Assembly (NCBI GenBank): GCA_032251355.1
Contig: JAVVDV010000002.1
Coordinates: 66,253-130,252 of the forward strand
Reading direction: 5' to 3'
Length of the DNA stretch: 64,000 nucleotides
Source of the DNA: Wenzhouxiangellaceae bacterium
Lineage (GTDB): Bacteria > Pseudomonadota > Gammaproteobacteria > Xanthomonadales > Wenzhouxiangellaceae
Shown here: in pieces, positions 29,131 to 37,998 of the stretch
Numbering within the stretch: position 1 is the first letter of the stretch
Layout of the letters: every line of letters begins with the position of its first letter
Program-made: the position numbers and the translations under genes
Notes under the pieces: generated by a model
What the model was told of the DNA's origin: nothing
The model's database searches: none
Seen by the model: only the letters and a program-made list of their open reading frames with translations

Positions 29131-30552
29131 TCAAAGCATCAATCGACGCACGTCGCCGAGCACGTGGCACAGGTACTGGCTGAAACGTGCGGCGTCGGCG
29201 CCGTCGATGACGCGGTGGTCGTAGGACAGTGACAGCGGCAGCATCAGGCGCGGTTCGAACTCAGTTCCATTCCAGACCGGCTTTGTAGCCGCCTTCGACA
29301 CACCGAGGATCGCAACCTCGGGCGCATTGATGATCGGCGTGAAGGCGGTACCGCCGATGCCGCCGAGGCTGGAGATCGACATCGAACCGCCCTGCATGTC
29401 CTCACGCGAGAGCTTGCCGTCACGCGCCTTGCCCGAAAGCTCGGCGAGATCCTTCGCCAGCTCGATCAGGCTTTTGCGATCGGCATCGCGGATCACCGGC
29501 ACCATCAGGCCGTTCGGCGTGTCGACCGCAACACCGACATGAAAATACTTCTTCCACACCAGCGACTCACCATCGGCGGTGATCGAGGTATTGAATTTCG
29601 GGAACTTCTTCAACGCCGCAACCACACCCTTGATCAGGAACACCAGCGGCGTCATCTTCGCACCGGCTTCCTCGGCTTCAGCCTTCGAAGCCTTGCGGAA
29701 GGCTTCCATCTCGGTGATGTCAGCCTCGTCGAACTGGGTAACGTGCGGGATGGTGACCCAGTTGCGGTGCAGGTTCGGCCCGGAGATCTTCTGAATCCGC
29801 GACAGCGGCTTTTCCTCGATCTCGCCGAACTTGGAAAAATCAACCTTCGGCGGAGCGGCCACCGCCATACCCGCACCGCCGGCGGTTGCAGCGGCTGCCG
29901 CAGGCTGCTCGAGCTGCTGCTTGACGTGTCGCTTGAGATCACCCTCGGTGATCCGCCCATGGTCGCCACTACCCGTCACGCCGGTCAGGTCGACGCCGAG
30001 CTCGCGCGCGAGCTTGCGCACGGCCGGCGAGGCATGTGGGATCGACGACGGATCGCGTCCCATTTCGGCAAATGGCACGGGTGGCGCCGGCAGATCGCCG
30101 GCGGTTTCAGACTTCGAGGCTTCGCTGGACGTCTTCGATTCCCTGACGGCCGATGGTTCATCCGAAGCCTGCCGGGTTGGCCGCGCATCGGAGCTGTCCG
30201 CCGCGTCGCTGCTCGCCTCATGATCAGCAGGCTGCTTGCGTTCGTCGCTGGAGTCGGCCGTCGCCTCCGAGCCGCCGCTAGACTCATCAGAGACGGCCGA
30301 ATCCCCCTCGACCTCGACGATGGCGATCACGTCGCCTTCGGAAACCTCGTCGCCCTCGGAAACCTTCAATTCAACCAGTTTGCCGGCCGCCGAAGCCGGT
30401 ACTTCCATCGTCGCCTTGTCCGATTCCAGCGTGATCAGCGATTGCTCATCGGCGATCCGGTCACCGACGGCAACCAGCACCTCGATCACCGGAACACGCT
30501 CGAAGTCGCCGATGTCCGGGACCCTGATTTCAGTTCGGGTTGTCATAGTCAA
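29131..30552 (-). CDS. aceF: Dihydrolipoyllysine-residue acetyltransferase (E2 of pyruvate dehydrogenase), single lipoyl domain
   Basis: Lipoyl domain LESDKATMEVPA, E3-binding domain ASPAVRKLARELGVDLTGVTGSG, catalytic domain with SLSYDHRVIDGADAARF. TTG 30552 or ATG 30546 start. Confidence 0.93.
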   Translation of the reverse strand: MTMTTRTEIRVPDIGDFERVPVIEVLVAVGDRIADEQSLITLESDKATMEVPASAAGKLVELKVSEGDEVSEGDVIAIVEVEGDSAVSDESSGGSEATADSSDERKQPADHEASSDAADSSDARPTRQASDEPSAVRESKTSSEASKSETAGDLPAPPVPFAEMGRDPSSIPHASPAVRKLARELGVDLTGVTGSGDHGRITEGDLKRHVKQQLEQPAAAAATAGGAGMAVAAPPKVDFSKFGEIEEKPLSRIQKISGPNLHRNWVTIPHVTQFDEADITEMEAFRKASKAEAEEAGAKMTPLVFLIKGVVAALKKFPKFNTSITADGESLVWKKYFHVGVAVDTPNGLMVPVIRDADRKSLIELAKDLAELSGKARDGKLSREDMQGGSMSISSLGGIGGTAFTPIINAPEVAILGVSKAATKPVWNGTEFEPRLMLPLSLSYDHRVIDGADAARFSQYLCHVLGDVRRLML

Positions 30553-30600
30553 ATCTCATTTTCCAAACCGCTGCTTGGCGGCAGCGCAAAAAACCAATTT

Positions 30601-30838
30601 TTACCGCGGATGAACGCGGATGAGCGCAGATGAATGCCAGTCACAGCTTAACAACAAACTTGCCGTGGCCTCGCGCGGTTCAAGACCTCGCAAGCGAAAG
30701 CCAAAACGGTATTCACGCTACAAGCTTCATGCCAGTCACCAGTCGTCCGAAGGCGAAACGGCGAATGCACTGCATGTAATCCGAGATTCGCGTGTTGAGC
30801 TGTTGGATCTGCGTTCATCTGCGTTTATCTGCGGTTAC
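30601..30838. repeat. Decamer-array inverted-repeat element in the aceF-aceE spacer
   Basis: Left array TTACCGCGGATGAACGCGGATGAGCGCAGATGAAT (30601-30635). Right array GGATCTGCGTTCATCTGCGTTTATCTGCGGTTAC (30805-30838). Three 10-bp units on each side in inverted orientation, with an unrelated ~170-bp core. Confidence 0.7.
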
Positions 30839-30852
30839 GAAAAACGCCTTGC

Positions 30853-33513
30853 TCAGCTCGCACTCGGCAGCGGTTTGTCCGCGTCGATGCCGAGCTTCGA
30901 ACGCGCGGCCAGCAGCTTCTCGCGCTCGAACTGACCGGCGCGGTGCAGGCCGACCAGCGCGGTCCAGGCGATCTGATTGCGGTCGACCTCGAAGAAGCGG
31001 CGCAGGTTCTCGCGCGTGTCGGAGCGACCGAAGCCATCGGTGCCCAGTACTAGGTAATCGCGATCGCCAAGGAACTCGCGCACCTGGTCGGCGTAGGCGC
31101 GGATGTAGTCGGTCGCGGCAATCACCGGGCCGCGGGTACCGGCCAATTGCTGCGTGATCCACGGCACCGGCGCTTCGGCCTCGGGCTTGAGCCGGGCCTG
31201 GCGGTGGGCGGCCACCGCATCCTTGCGCAGCTCGTTGAAGCTGGTCGCCGACCAGATGTCGGCCTGGATGCCGAAGTCCTGCTCGAGCAGATCGGCCGCG
31301 GCGATCACTTCGTTGAGGATGGATCCGCTGCCGAGCAGCTGCACCGCGGCGTTGTCGCGCGCACGCAGTCGATACAAACCCTTGCGGATGCCTTCCTCGA
31401 CGCCCTCGGGCATCGCCGGATGCAGGTAGTTCTCGTTGAGCGTGGTGATGTAGTAGTACACGTCTTCCTGCTCGACGTACATGCGCCGGAGGCCGTCGTG
31501 CAGGATCACCGCCAACTCGTAACCGAAGCTCGGATCGTAGCTGACGCAGTTCGGAATCGTGCCGGCCAGCACGTGGCTGTGACCGTCTTCGTGCTGCAGG
31601 CCTTCTCCGTTCAGGGTGGTGCGCCCGGAGGTGCCACCGATCAAAAAGCCGCGCGCGCGCATGTCGCCGGCCGCCCAGGCCAGATCGCCGATGCGCTGGA
31701 AGCCGAACATCGAATAAAAGGCGTAGAACGGGATCATCGGCAGGCCGTTGGAGGCATAGCTGGTGGCCGCGGCGATCCACGAACTCATCGAGCCGGCTTC
31801 GGTAATGCCTTCCTGCAGCACCTGACCCTTCTTGTCTTCCTTGTAGAACATCAGCTGGTCGGAATCGACCGGCTCGTACAGCTGGCCTGAAGGCGCGTAG
31901 ATGCCGATCTGGCGGAACAGTCCTTCCATGCCGAAGGTGCGCGCCTCATCGCAGATGATCGGCACGATGTGATCCTTGACGTTGCCGTCGCGCAACAGCA
32001 CCGCGAGACAACGCACGAACGCCATGGTGGTCGAGATTTCGCGTTCGCCCGAGCCCTTGAGCACGGCCTCGAAGGCCTCCAGCGAAGGCACCTCCAGCGG
32101 CTTGGCTTCGGCACGGCGCTGCGGCAGATAGCCGCCCAGCGCCTTGCGTCGGGCCTTGAGGTAGCGCACTTCCTCGGAGTCCTCGCCCGGATGGTAATAC
32201 GGCACCTCGGCCAGGCCCTCGTCGGGCACCGGCACGTTGAAGCGGTCGCGGAAGTACTTCACGCCCTCGTCGTCGAGCTTCTTCTGCTGGTGCGAGATGT
32301 TCATGCCCTCGCCCGACTTGCCCAGCCCGTAGCCCTTGATGGTCTTGGCCAGAATGACGGTCGGGCGGCCCTCGTGGTGCACCGCTTCGTGGTAGGCGGC
32401 GTAGATCTTGTGCGGATCATGGCCGCCACGGTTCAGGCGCCAGATGTCCTCGTCGCTCATGTTGGCGACCATTTCCTTGAGCTCGTCGTAGGCGCCGAAA
32501 AAGTGCTCGCGCACATAGCCGCCGTCCATGGCCTTGTATTTCTGGTAGTCGCCGTCCAGCGCTTCTTCCATGCGCTTGCGCAACAGCCCACGGGTATCGC
32601 GTGCCAGCAGCGGATCCCAGTAGCTGCCCCAGATCACCTTGATCACGTTCCAGCCGGCACCGCGGAACACGCCTTCGAGTTCCTGGATGATCTTGCCGTT
32701 GCCGCGCACCGGTCCATCGAGCCGCTGCAGGTTGCAGTTGACCACGAATACCAGGTTGTCGAGCTTCTCGCGCCCGGCCAGCGAGATCGCGCCCAGCGAT
32801 TCGGGCTCGTCGCACTCGCCGTCGCCCATGAAGCACCAGACCTTGCGCCTGGCTGCGCGCAGCATCTCTCGATTCGTCAAATACTTCAGGAAGCGCGCCT
32901 GGTAGATCGCCATGATCGGACCCAGACCCATCGATACGGTCGGCAACTGCCAGAACTCCGGCATCAGCCACGGATGCGGATAGGAGCTCAGGCCGCCGCC
33001 GACCTCCTGGCGGAAACGATCAAGCTGCTCGCGCGAGACCCGGCCTTCGAGGAAGGCACGCGCATAGATACCCGGCGAGGAATGGCCCTGAATGTAGACC
33101 AGGTCGGCGCCATCGGGATGGTCCGGACCCTTGAAGAAATGATTGAAGCCGACGTCGTAGAGCGTGGCGGCCGAGGAGAAGCTGGCAATGTGCCCACCCA
33201 GTTCACCCCCGCGGCGCGCCGCACGCACGACCATCGCCATCGCGTTCCAGCGGATGATCGAGCGAATCCGGTGTTCCATTTCCGGATCGCCCGGGGCGCC
33301 AATCTGGCGGCCGGGTGGAATCGTGTTGACGTAGGCCGTGGTCAGGTCGAACGGCAGATGCGCGCCTGAGCGCCGCGCCAGCTCGACCAGCTTGTCGAGC
33401 AGAAAATGCGCGCGCTCGCCGCCCTCGCGGTCGATCACCGCGGCCAGTGACTCAAGCCACTCGCGGGTTTCCTCGGGATACTGGTCGTTCGCGTCGGGAT
33501 ACTGGTCTACCAT
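30853..33513 (-). CDS. aceE: Pyruvate dehydrogenase E1 component (homodimeric type)
   Basis: 886 aa, collinear with AceE-type E1 (RWNAMAMVVRA, GGHIASF, ThDP motif FMGDGECDEPESLGAI, NCNLQRLDGPVRGN). Confidence 0.95.
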   Translation of the reverse strand: MVDQYPDANDQYPEETREWLESLAAVIDREGGERAHFLLDKLVELARRSGAHLPFDLTTAYVNTIPPGRQIGAPGDPEMEHRIRSIIRWNAMAMVVRAARRGGELGGHIASFSSAATLYDVGFNHFFKGPDHPDGADLVYIQGHSSPGIYARAFLEGRVSREQLDRFRQEVGGGLSSYPHPWLMPEFWQLPTVSMGLGPIMAIYQARFLKYLTNREMLRAARRKVWCFMGDGECDEPESLGAISLAGREKLDNLVFVVNCNLQRLDGPVRGNGKIIQELEGVFRGAGWNVIKVIWGSYWDPLLARDTRGLLRKRMEEALDGDYQKYKAMDGGYVREHFFGAYDELKEMVANMSDEDIWRLNRGGHDPHKIYAAYHEAVHHEGRPTVILAKTIKGYGLGKSGEGMNISHQQKKLDDEGVKYFRDRFNVPVPDEGLAEVPYYHPGEDSEEVRYLKARRKALGGYLPQRRAEAKPLEVPSLEAFEAVLKGSGEREISTTMAFVRCLAVLLRDGNVKDHIVPIICDEARTFGMEGLFRQIGIYAPSGQLYEPVDSDQLMFYKEDKKGQVLQEGITEAGSMSSWIAAATSYASNGLPMIPFYAFYSMFGFQRIGDLAWAAGDMRARGFLIGGTSGRTTLNGEGLQHEDGHSHVLAGTIPNCVSYDPSFGYELAVILHDGLRRMYVEQEDVYYYITTLNENYLHPAMPEGVEEGIRKGLYRLRARDNAAVQLLGSGSILNEVIAAADLLEQDFGIQADIWSATSFNELRKDAVAAHRQARLKPEAEAPVPWITQQLAGTRGPVIAATDYIRAYADQVREFLGDRDYLVLGTDGFGRSDTRENLRRFFEVDRNQIAWTALVGLHRAGQFEREKLLAARSKLGIDADKPLPSAS

Positions 33514-33804
33514 GGCTTGTCTACCGTTTCATTGTCGTTGGTTGTTGTCAGTCGGCTGCGCGTTCACCGGCGGCGGGCGCCCAGCCGACCGTGCCCGGCG
33601 CAAATCGCTTGCCACGATCGTGCCGGAGCACCGACGGGTGCCCGATCATACCAGCCAGACCGGATTCCTCAAACTCCGGAATTCATCAGTCCTCCGGATT
33701 ACCTCTGGCACATCGACCTGCCGCGATCGGCGAATGTGGCAAAATCCTGACATGTCCAGACCCAGCCCAGCAAGACAGCCGACCGCAAGCGCGGCGCGAT
33801 TCCT

Positions 33805-36456
33805 GTGAAGACGACGACCCACGAAGCCTGGATGCTGGCGCTGGTCGTCGTGCTGGGCCTGGTCATCACGGCCGTCGCCGGCTGGCGAGTCGGGCAGATC
33901 GAGCACCAGCGCAACGCCGCGCTGCTGGACAGTCGGGCCGAACAGGCCATTGGCGAAATTACCAGCCGCACCGCGCAATTGCAGACCCTGCTGAACTCGC
34001 TCAACGCCTACGTTCAGCAAGCTGCCGAAATCGACCGCGAACCACTGATGCAGTTCGTGCGCACGCTCGCCCAGAGCCAGCCACTTACCGGCGCGCAGGC
34101 ACTGTACTGGATTCCGCGCGTGGCCGATGAAGACTGGCCGCAACTGCAGCACGAACTCGGCAGCCTGGTGACGTTGGCGGACAGGGCTGACACGAGTGAT
34201 CAACAACCCTGGCATTGTCCGATGCTGTCGCTGACCGCGAACAGCCCGCCGATCGATGCCTGCACCGAACCGGCCCTGGAGAAAGCACTGGAACAGGCGC
34301 GCCGCAGTGGCGCGCTGACTGTGGCCCGGCTGTTGCGCGAACCGCTCACGCCCAAGGGCGACGGGCACGACTATATGGGCCTGCGCTGGCTGGCCAGCGG
34401 TCCGCACGAGCAAGCCGGCTGGCTGGCCCTGGCGGTCGACGCCGCGCCGCTGTTCGAGACCGGCTTCCTGGGCCAGGAACAAGGCTCGATCGCGGTCTAC
34501 GACATCAGCGACGGTATCGAAGCCGCAGTGCAACTGACCGGAGAGCCCACCGTGCTGCAACCGGATGAATCTGCCAGCGGCATGCATGTCCGGCCCTTCG
34601 AACTGTACGACTTCCAGTTCGCCGTGCGGGTCGAGGATGCCTCTTCGATCACCGCCATTGCCGCGTTCATGACGCTGGGCGGTGTGCTGTCGACCACGCT
34701 GATTACGCTTTTCGTGGGGCTGAGCCTGCGCATGCGCAAGCGCGCCCTGGCGCTTGCGGCGAAGATGAGCTCGGCCGCGGCCAGCAGCGAGCAGATGCTC
34801 AAGTCGATTACCGACAACATCTTCGAAGGCATCTACCGCGGCGAAATGGATCGTGGTTTGACCTACGTCAACCCCGCCCTGGCGCGCATGTTCGGATTTG
34901 CAAAACCCGAGCAGATGATCGCGCATGCCGGTCCGGTGCTCTATGCCGATCCCGAGCAACGCGACGATCTGGCACGACGCCTGCGGCAGGATGGCCACTA
35001 TCGCGATGTCGAGGTCGAGTTCGTACGGCCCGACGGCAGCCACTTCATCGCCGTCAACAACGCGGTGGCCACGCGCGACGAGCACGGTCAGGTTCGCTAT
35101 TTCGACGGCGTGGTCTACGACATCACCGAGCGCAAGCAGGCCGAGCAGCGCGCCCACCACCTCGCGCACTACGACTCTCTGACCAATCTGCCCAACCGCG
35201 CCCTTCTCGACAAGCGCCTGCGCCGGCTGGTCGAGCAGGCGCGCAGCACGGATACCACGCTGGCGCTGATGTTTCTGGACCTGGACAACTTCAAGACCAT
35301 CAACGACTCGCTCGGCCACGAAGCCGGCGACGAGCTGCTCAAGCAGGCCGCCGCGCGCTTCCGGCACACGCTGCGCAACGACGACCTGATCGCGCGCCAG
35401 GGCGGCGACGAATTCCTGATCGCGCTCGACGGAGCCGATGCCGAGGCCGCCGACAGCAGCGCGCGGCGCATCATCGAGGCCTTTTCGGCACCGTTCCGGA
35501 TCCAGGGCCACGAGCTGCGCGTGACCACCAGCATCGGCATCGCAATGTTTCCGACCGACGGCAACAGCGCCGAGGAACTGGTGCGCAATGCCGACGCGGC
35601 AATGTACGCGGCCAAGGAAGACGGTCGCTCGACCTCGCGCTTCTACACCGAGGAACTCAACGAACTGGCGCACCGCCGGCTGGCGATGCAGAACGATCTG
35701 CGCCGTGCGCTGGAGCAACAGCAGCTGTTTCTGGTCTACCAGCCAATTATCGAACTGGCCAGCGGCCGCATCGTCAGCGCCGAGGCGCTGCTGCGCTGGC
35801 AGCACCCCGAACGCGGTCTGGTCTCACCGGCCGATTTCATTCCGATCGCCGAGCAGAGTGGCCAGATCGTCGCGATCGGCGACTGGGTGATCGATCAGGC
35901 CTGTCGGCAACTGGCGCAATGGGACGCGGCCGGGCTGACCCGGATCCGGGTCTCGGTCAATGTCTCGGCGATCCAGTTCTGGCGCGGCCAGCTGCTGGAC
36001 CATATCCAGGACTCGCTGCAATGCCACGGCATCGCGACCGACCGTCTGGAAGTGGAACTGACCGAGAGCGTGATCATGCGCGATGCCGATACAGCCGCCG
36101 AGATCATCGCCCGCCTGCGCGAGCTCGGCACCCCGGTGGCAATCGACGACTTCGGCACCGGCTACTCCAGCCTCAGCCAGCTCAAGCGGTTCCAGATCAA
36201 CAAGCTCAAGATCGACCAGTCCTTCATCCGCGACATTACCTTCGACCCGGACGATGCGGCAATCGTCGCGGCTGTGCTCAGCATCGCCGCCAACCTGCGC
36301 CTGGATGCGATCGCCGAAGGCGTGGAAACCCATGAGCAAGTCGAATTCCTCAAAGCGCTGGATTGTCCGCACGCCCAGGGCTACCGCTTTGGTCGCCCGA
36401 TGCCGCCCGAGGAATTCGCAGCGCTGCTGGCCGTCGGGCACGCGCGAGTGGGGTAA
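33805..36456 (+). CDS. CHASE-PAS-GGDEF-EAL signalling protein (diguanylate cyclase/phosphodiesterase)
   Basis: GTG start. TM, then a CHASE-like periplasmic domain (GAQALYWIPRV), second TM, PAS, GGDEF (RNDD-LIARQ-GGDEF with I-site) and EAL (EALLRW, DDFGTGYSSL). Confidence 0.88.
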   Translation: MKTTTHEAWMLALVVVLGLVITAVAGWRVGQIEHQRNAALLDSRAEQAIGEITSRTAQLQTLLNSLNAYVQQAAEIDREPLMQFVRTLAQSQPLTGAQALYWIPRVADEDWPQLQHELGSLVTLADRADTSDQQPWHCPMLSLTANSPPIDACTEPALEKALEQARRSGALTVARLLREPLTPKGDGHDYMGLRWLASGPHEQAGWLALAVDAAPLFETGFLGQEQGSIAVYDISDGIEAAVQLTGEPTVLQPDESASGMHVRPFELYDFQFAVRVEDASSITAIAAFMTLGGVLSTTLITLFVGLSLRMRKRALALAAKMSSAAASSEQMLKSITDNIFEGIYRGEMDRGLTYVNPALARMFGFAKPEQMIAHAGPVLYADPEQRDDLARRLRQDGHYRDVEVEFVRPDGSHFIAVNNAVATRDEHGQVRYFDGVVYDITERKQAEQRAHHLAHYDSLTNLPNRALLDKRLRRLVEQARSTDTTLALMFLDLDNFKTINDSLGHEAGDELLKQAAARFRHTLRNDDLIARQGGDEFLIALDGADAEAADSSARRIIEAFSAPFRIQGHELRVTTSIGIAMFPTDGNSAEELVRNADAAMYAAKEDGRSTSRFYTEELNELAHRRLAMQNDLRRALEQQQLFLVYQPIIELASGRIVSAEALLRWQHPERGLVSPADFIPIAEQSGQIVAIGDWVIDQACRQLAQWDAAGLTRIRVSVNVSAIQFWRGQLLDHIQDSLQCHGIATDRLEVELTESVIMRDADTAAEIIARLRELGTPVAIDDFGTGYSSLSQLKRFQINKLKIDQSFIRDITFDPDDAAIVAAVLSIAANLRLDAIAEGVETHEQVEFLKALDCPHAQGYRFGRPMPPEEFAALLAVGHARVG

Positions 36457-36463
36457 TCGCGAT

Positions 36464-37993
36464 TCAGAAGGTCGACAGCCCGCTGGCTTCCATCACCCGG
36501 TACAACCAGGCCTTGAAGCGACCGCGATCAGCCCAGGTCGCGTAGTCGAGACTGTAGACGCGATCACCGGCGTTCACCCAGCGGCGTTCGAACCAGCGCT
36601 CCACATCAATCACCAACGGATCCCCAACTGCTGTGAGCACGCGCAGGTTGGTTTCCAGGTTCAGATCATCAAGGTTGCGGCGCGTGAAGTTGGCCGACCC
36701 GGCAATCAGTTCGGCCCTGCCGTCGGCGCGCCGGATCAACAGCAGCTTGTCATGGCACTGCTCGCCGGTGGTTTGGCACCAGCGAACATCGATGCCCTGC
36801 GCGACCAGTTCCGCGGCCACCGGCCGATTCGGGATTCCGTTCTTCTCGCGCCCGAAGGCATCGTGATTGGGGTCAAGCAGCGCACGCACCCGTGCGCCGC
36901 GCGCGTGCGCGGCCAGCAGTGCCTCGATCACCTCGCGATGGCTGAGATAGAACATCGCCAGCACGATCTCATCGCCCGGCCCGGTGCGCGCCAGCGCATC
37001 GAGCAGCGTGTCGCGAATTGCCGCCTCGGTAATGATCTGGAGGCTTGCTGCATCCGGACTCGCCGGTGCAGGCGGCAGCTGCGGGCGCTGTGGCCAGTCC
37101 AGCTGTGGCGCCGAGAATGCTGCGACCGCCCGCTCGGTTTCCAGCAAGTCCAGCACCGCCGGGCCGTGGAACTCCAGCGCGATGTTGCTGTGCGCGCTGG
37201 AGGCATCGTGCGGATTGGCCGAAGTGACCACACCGACCCAGCCGGCCGGCGTGTCGGCCACCAGCGTCTTGCGATGGTTGGCCTTGAAGTTCGGCAGCGC
37301 CAGCAGGCCGCGCAAGGTGACCGGCTCGTCGCCGACCGGGTTGGGCAGCCAGCCGCCATCGGCGTTGTTGCCCAGCCAGGCGCAACACAGTCGCCACAGC
37401 CCCGACCAGGCCGGGTTGGAATCGCGCAACGGCTTGAGATCGGAAACGACCACATCGATGCCGGCCTCGCGCAGCCGCTCGATCTGCGGCAAGCGGAAAC
37501 TGCCATAGAAAGTGTTGATCGGATCGGTGATCAGGATCACCCGCAGATCGGGTCGCTCGCGCTTGCGCTCGATCAATACCTGGGTAAGCTCGCGCGACAG
37601 CGGCCGCATGTCGTCACCATCCGGATCGCCGGCGAAGTGGTTGAACAGGAACAGGTCGGCCACGACCAGTCGTTCGGCCCGCGCAATATGATCGAACATG
37701 CGATCGAGGATGCGTTGCTCGACCTGGCGCTCACCACTTTCATCCAGGTAAGTTTCATCGGCAAGAAATCGAATCTGTGGGGTCGGTCTTGAAGGCATCG
37801 CCACGCTGACCCCGGTTGGCAGCGGCTTGTAGACACCGTGCCACAGACCCATGCCCAGCCCGGCGATCGCCACCATCACCAACACTGCGCCCAAACGTGC
37901 AGCAGAGCGACCGCGTTTGCGGGACCGAAACAAGGAACGACGCTTCATGCGCATCCGTGCGGGCGCACGCTGCCGGCCTCGCATTCCGGGCAT
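36464..37993 (-). CDS. Phospholipase D / cardiolipin-synthase-like family protein, membrane-anchored
   Basis: N-terminal basic stretch plus TM (LGAVLVMVAIAGLGMGL). First HKD motif HRKTLVAD..TSAN. Second motif HDKLLLIRRAD..GSAN has Arg rather than Asp at the usual position. Starts 5 nt after the upstream GGDEF-EAL stop. Confidence 0.8.
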   Translation of the reverse strand: MPGMRGRQRAPARMRMKRRSLFRSRKRGRSAARLGAVLVMVAIAGLGMGLWHGVYKPLPTGVSVAMPSRPTPQIRFLADETYLDESGERQVEQRILDRMFDHIARAERLVVADLFLFNHFAGDPDGDDMRPLSRELTQVLIERKRERPDLRVILITDPINTFYGSFRLPQIERLREAGIDVVVSDLKPLRDSNPAWSGLWRLCCAWLGNNADGGWLPNPVGDEPVTLRGLLALPNFKANHRKTLVADTPAGWVGVVTSANPHDASSAHSNIALEFHGPAVLDLLETERAVAAFSAPQLDWPQRPQLPPAPASPDAASLQIITEAAIRDTLLDALARTGPGDEIVLAMFYLSHREVIEALLAAHARGARVRALLDPNHDAFGREKNGIPNRPVAAELVAQGIDVRWCQTTGEQCHDKLLLIRRADGRAELIAGSANFTRRNLDDLNLETNLRVLTAVGDPLVIDVERWFERRWVNAGDRVYSLDYATWADRGRFKAWLYRVMEASGLSTF

Positions 37994-37998
37994 GCCGA

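Noticed and set aside
28965-29183. Small ORFs translating the decamer repeats (28965-29183, 30620-30934, 53748-54104, 53719-54000, 20674-21018; peptides such as LRLSAFICG and ICVHLRSSAV)
   Set aside because: They exist only because the repeat lacks stops. They occur on both strands of the same element, have atypical AT-rich codons for this genome, and their shared peptides are just the translated decamers.
30569-30586. Hairpin CGCTGC-TTGGCG-GCAGCG just upstream of aceF as a terminator for aceE
   Set aside because: On the transcribed (minus) strand the U-run precedes the stem rather than following it. It is a 6-bp stem only, and termination there would uncouple an operon that is otherwise contiguous.
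33655-33702. Three CCGGA(A/T)T motifs in the aceE/GGDEF-EAL divergent region as a PdhR-type operator
   Set aside because: They do not match the PdhR consensus (AATTGGT-N3-ACCAATT) and are not arranged as a clean inverted repeat. Too little evidence to call a site.
33706-33721. Sigma-54-like promoter TGGCAC-N-CCTGC upstream of the CHASE-GGDEF-EAL gene
   Set aside because: The GG-to-GC spacing is 11 nt instead of the required 10, and the -12 element is CTGC rather than TTGC. No enhancer-binding protein gene is adjacent.
33646-35805. 719-aa minus-strand ORF opposite the CHASE-GGDEF-EAL gene (likewise 37816-39423, 41451-43001, 43262-44212 and 46007-47983 opposite their partners)
   Set aside because: All are antisense to genes with unambiguous domain motifs. 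Their translations are dominated by R/A/G/P/Q/V runs.
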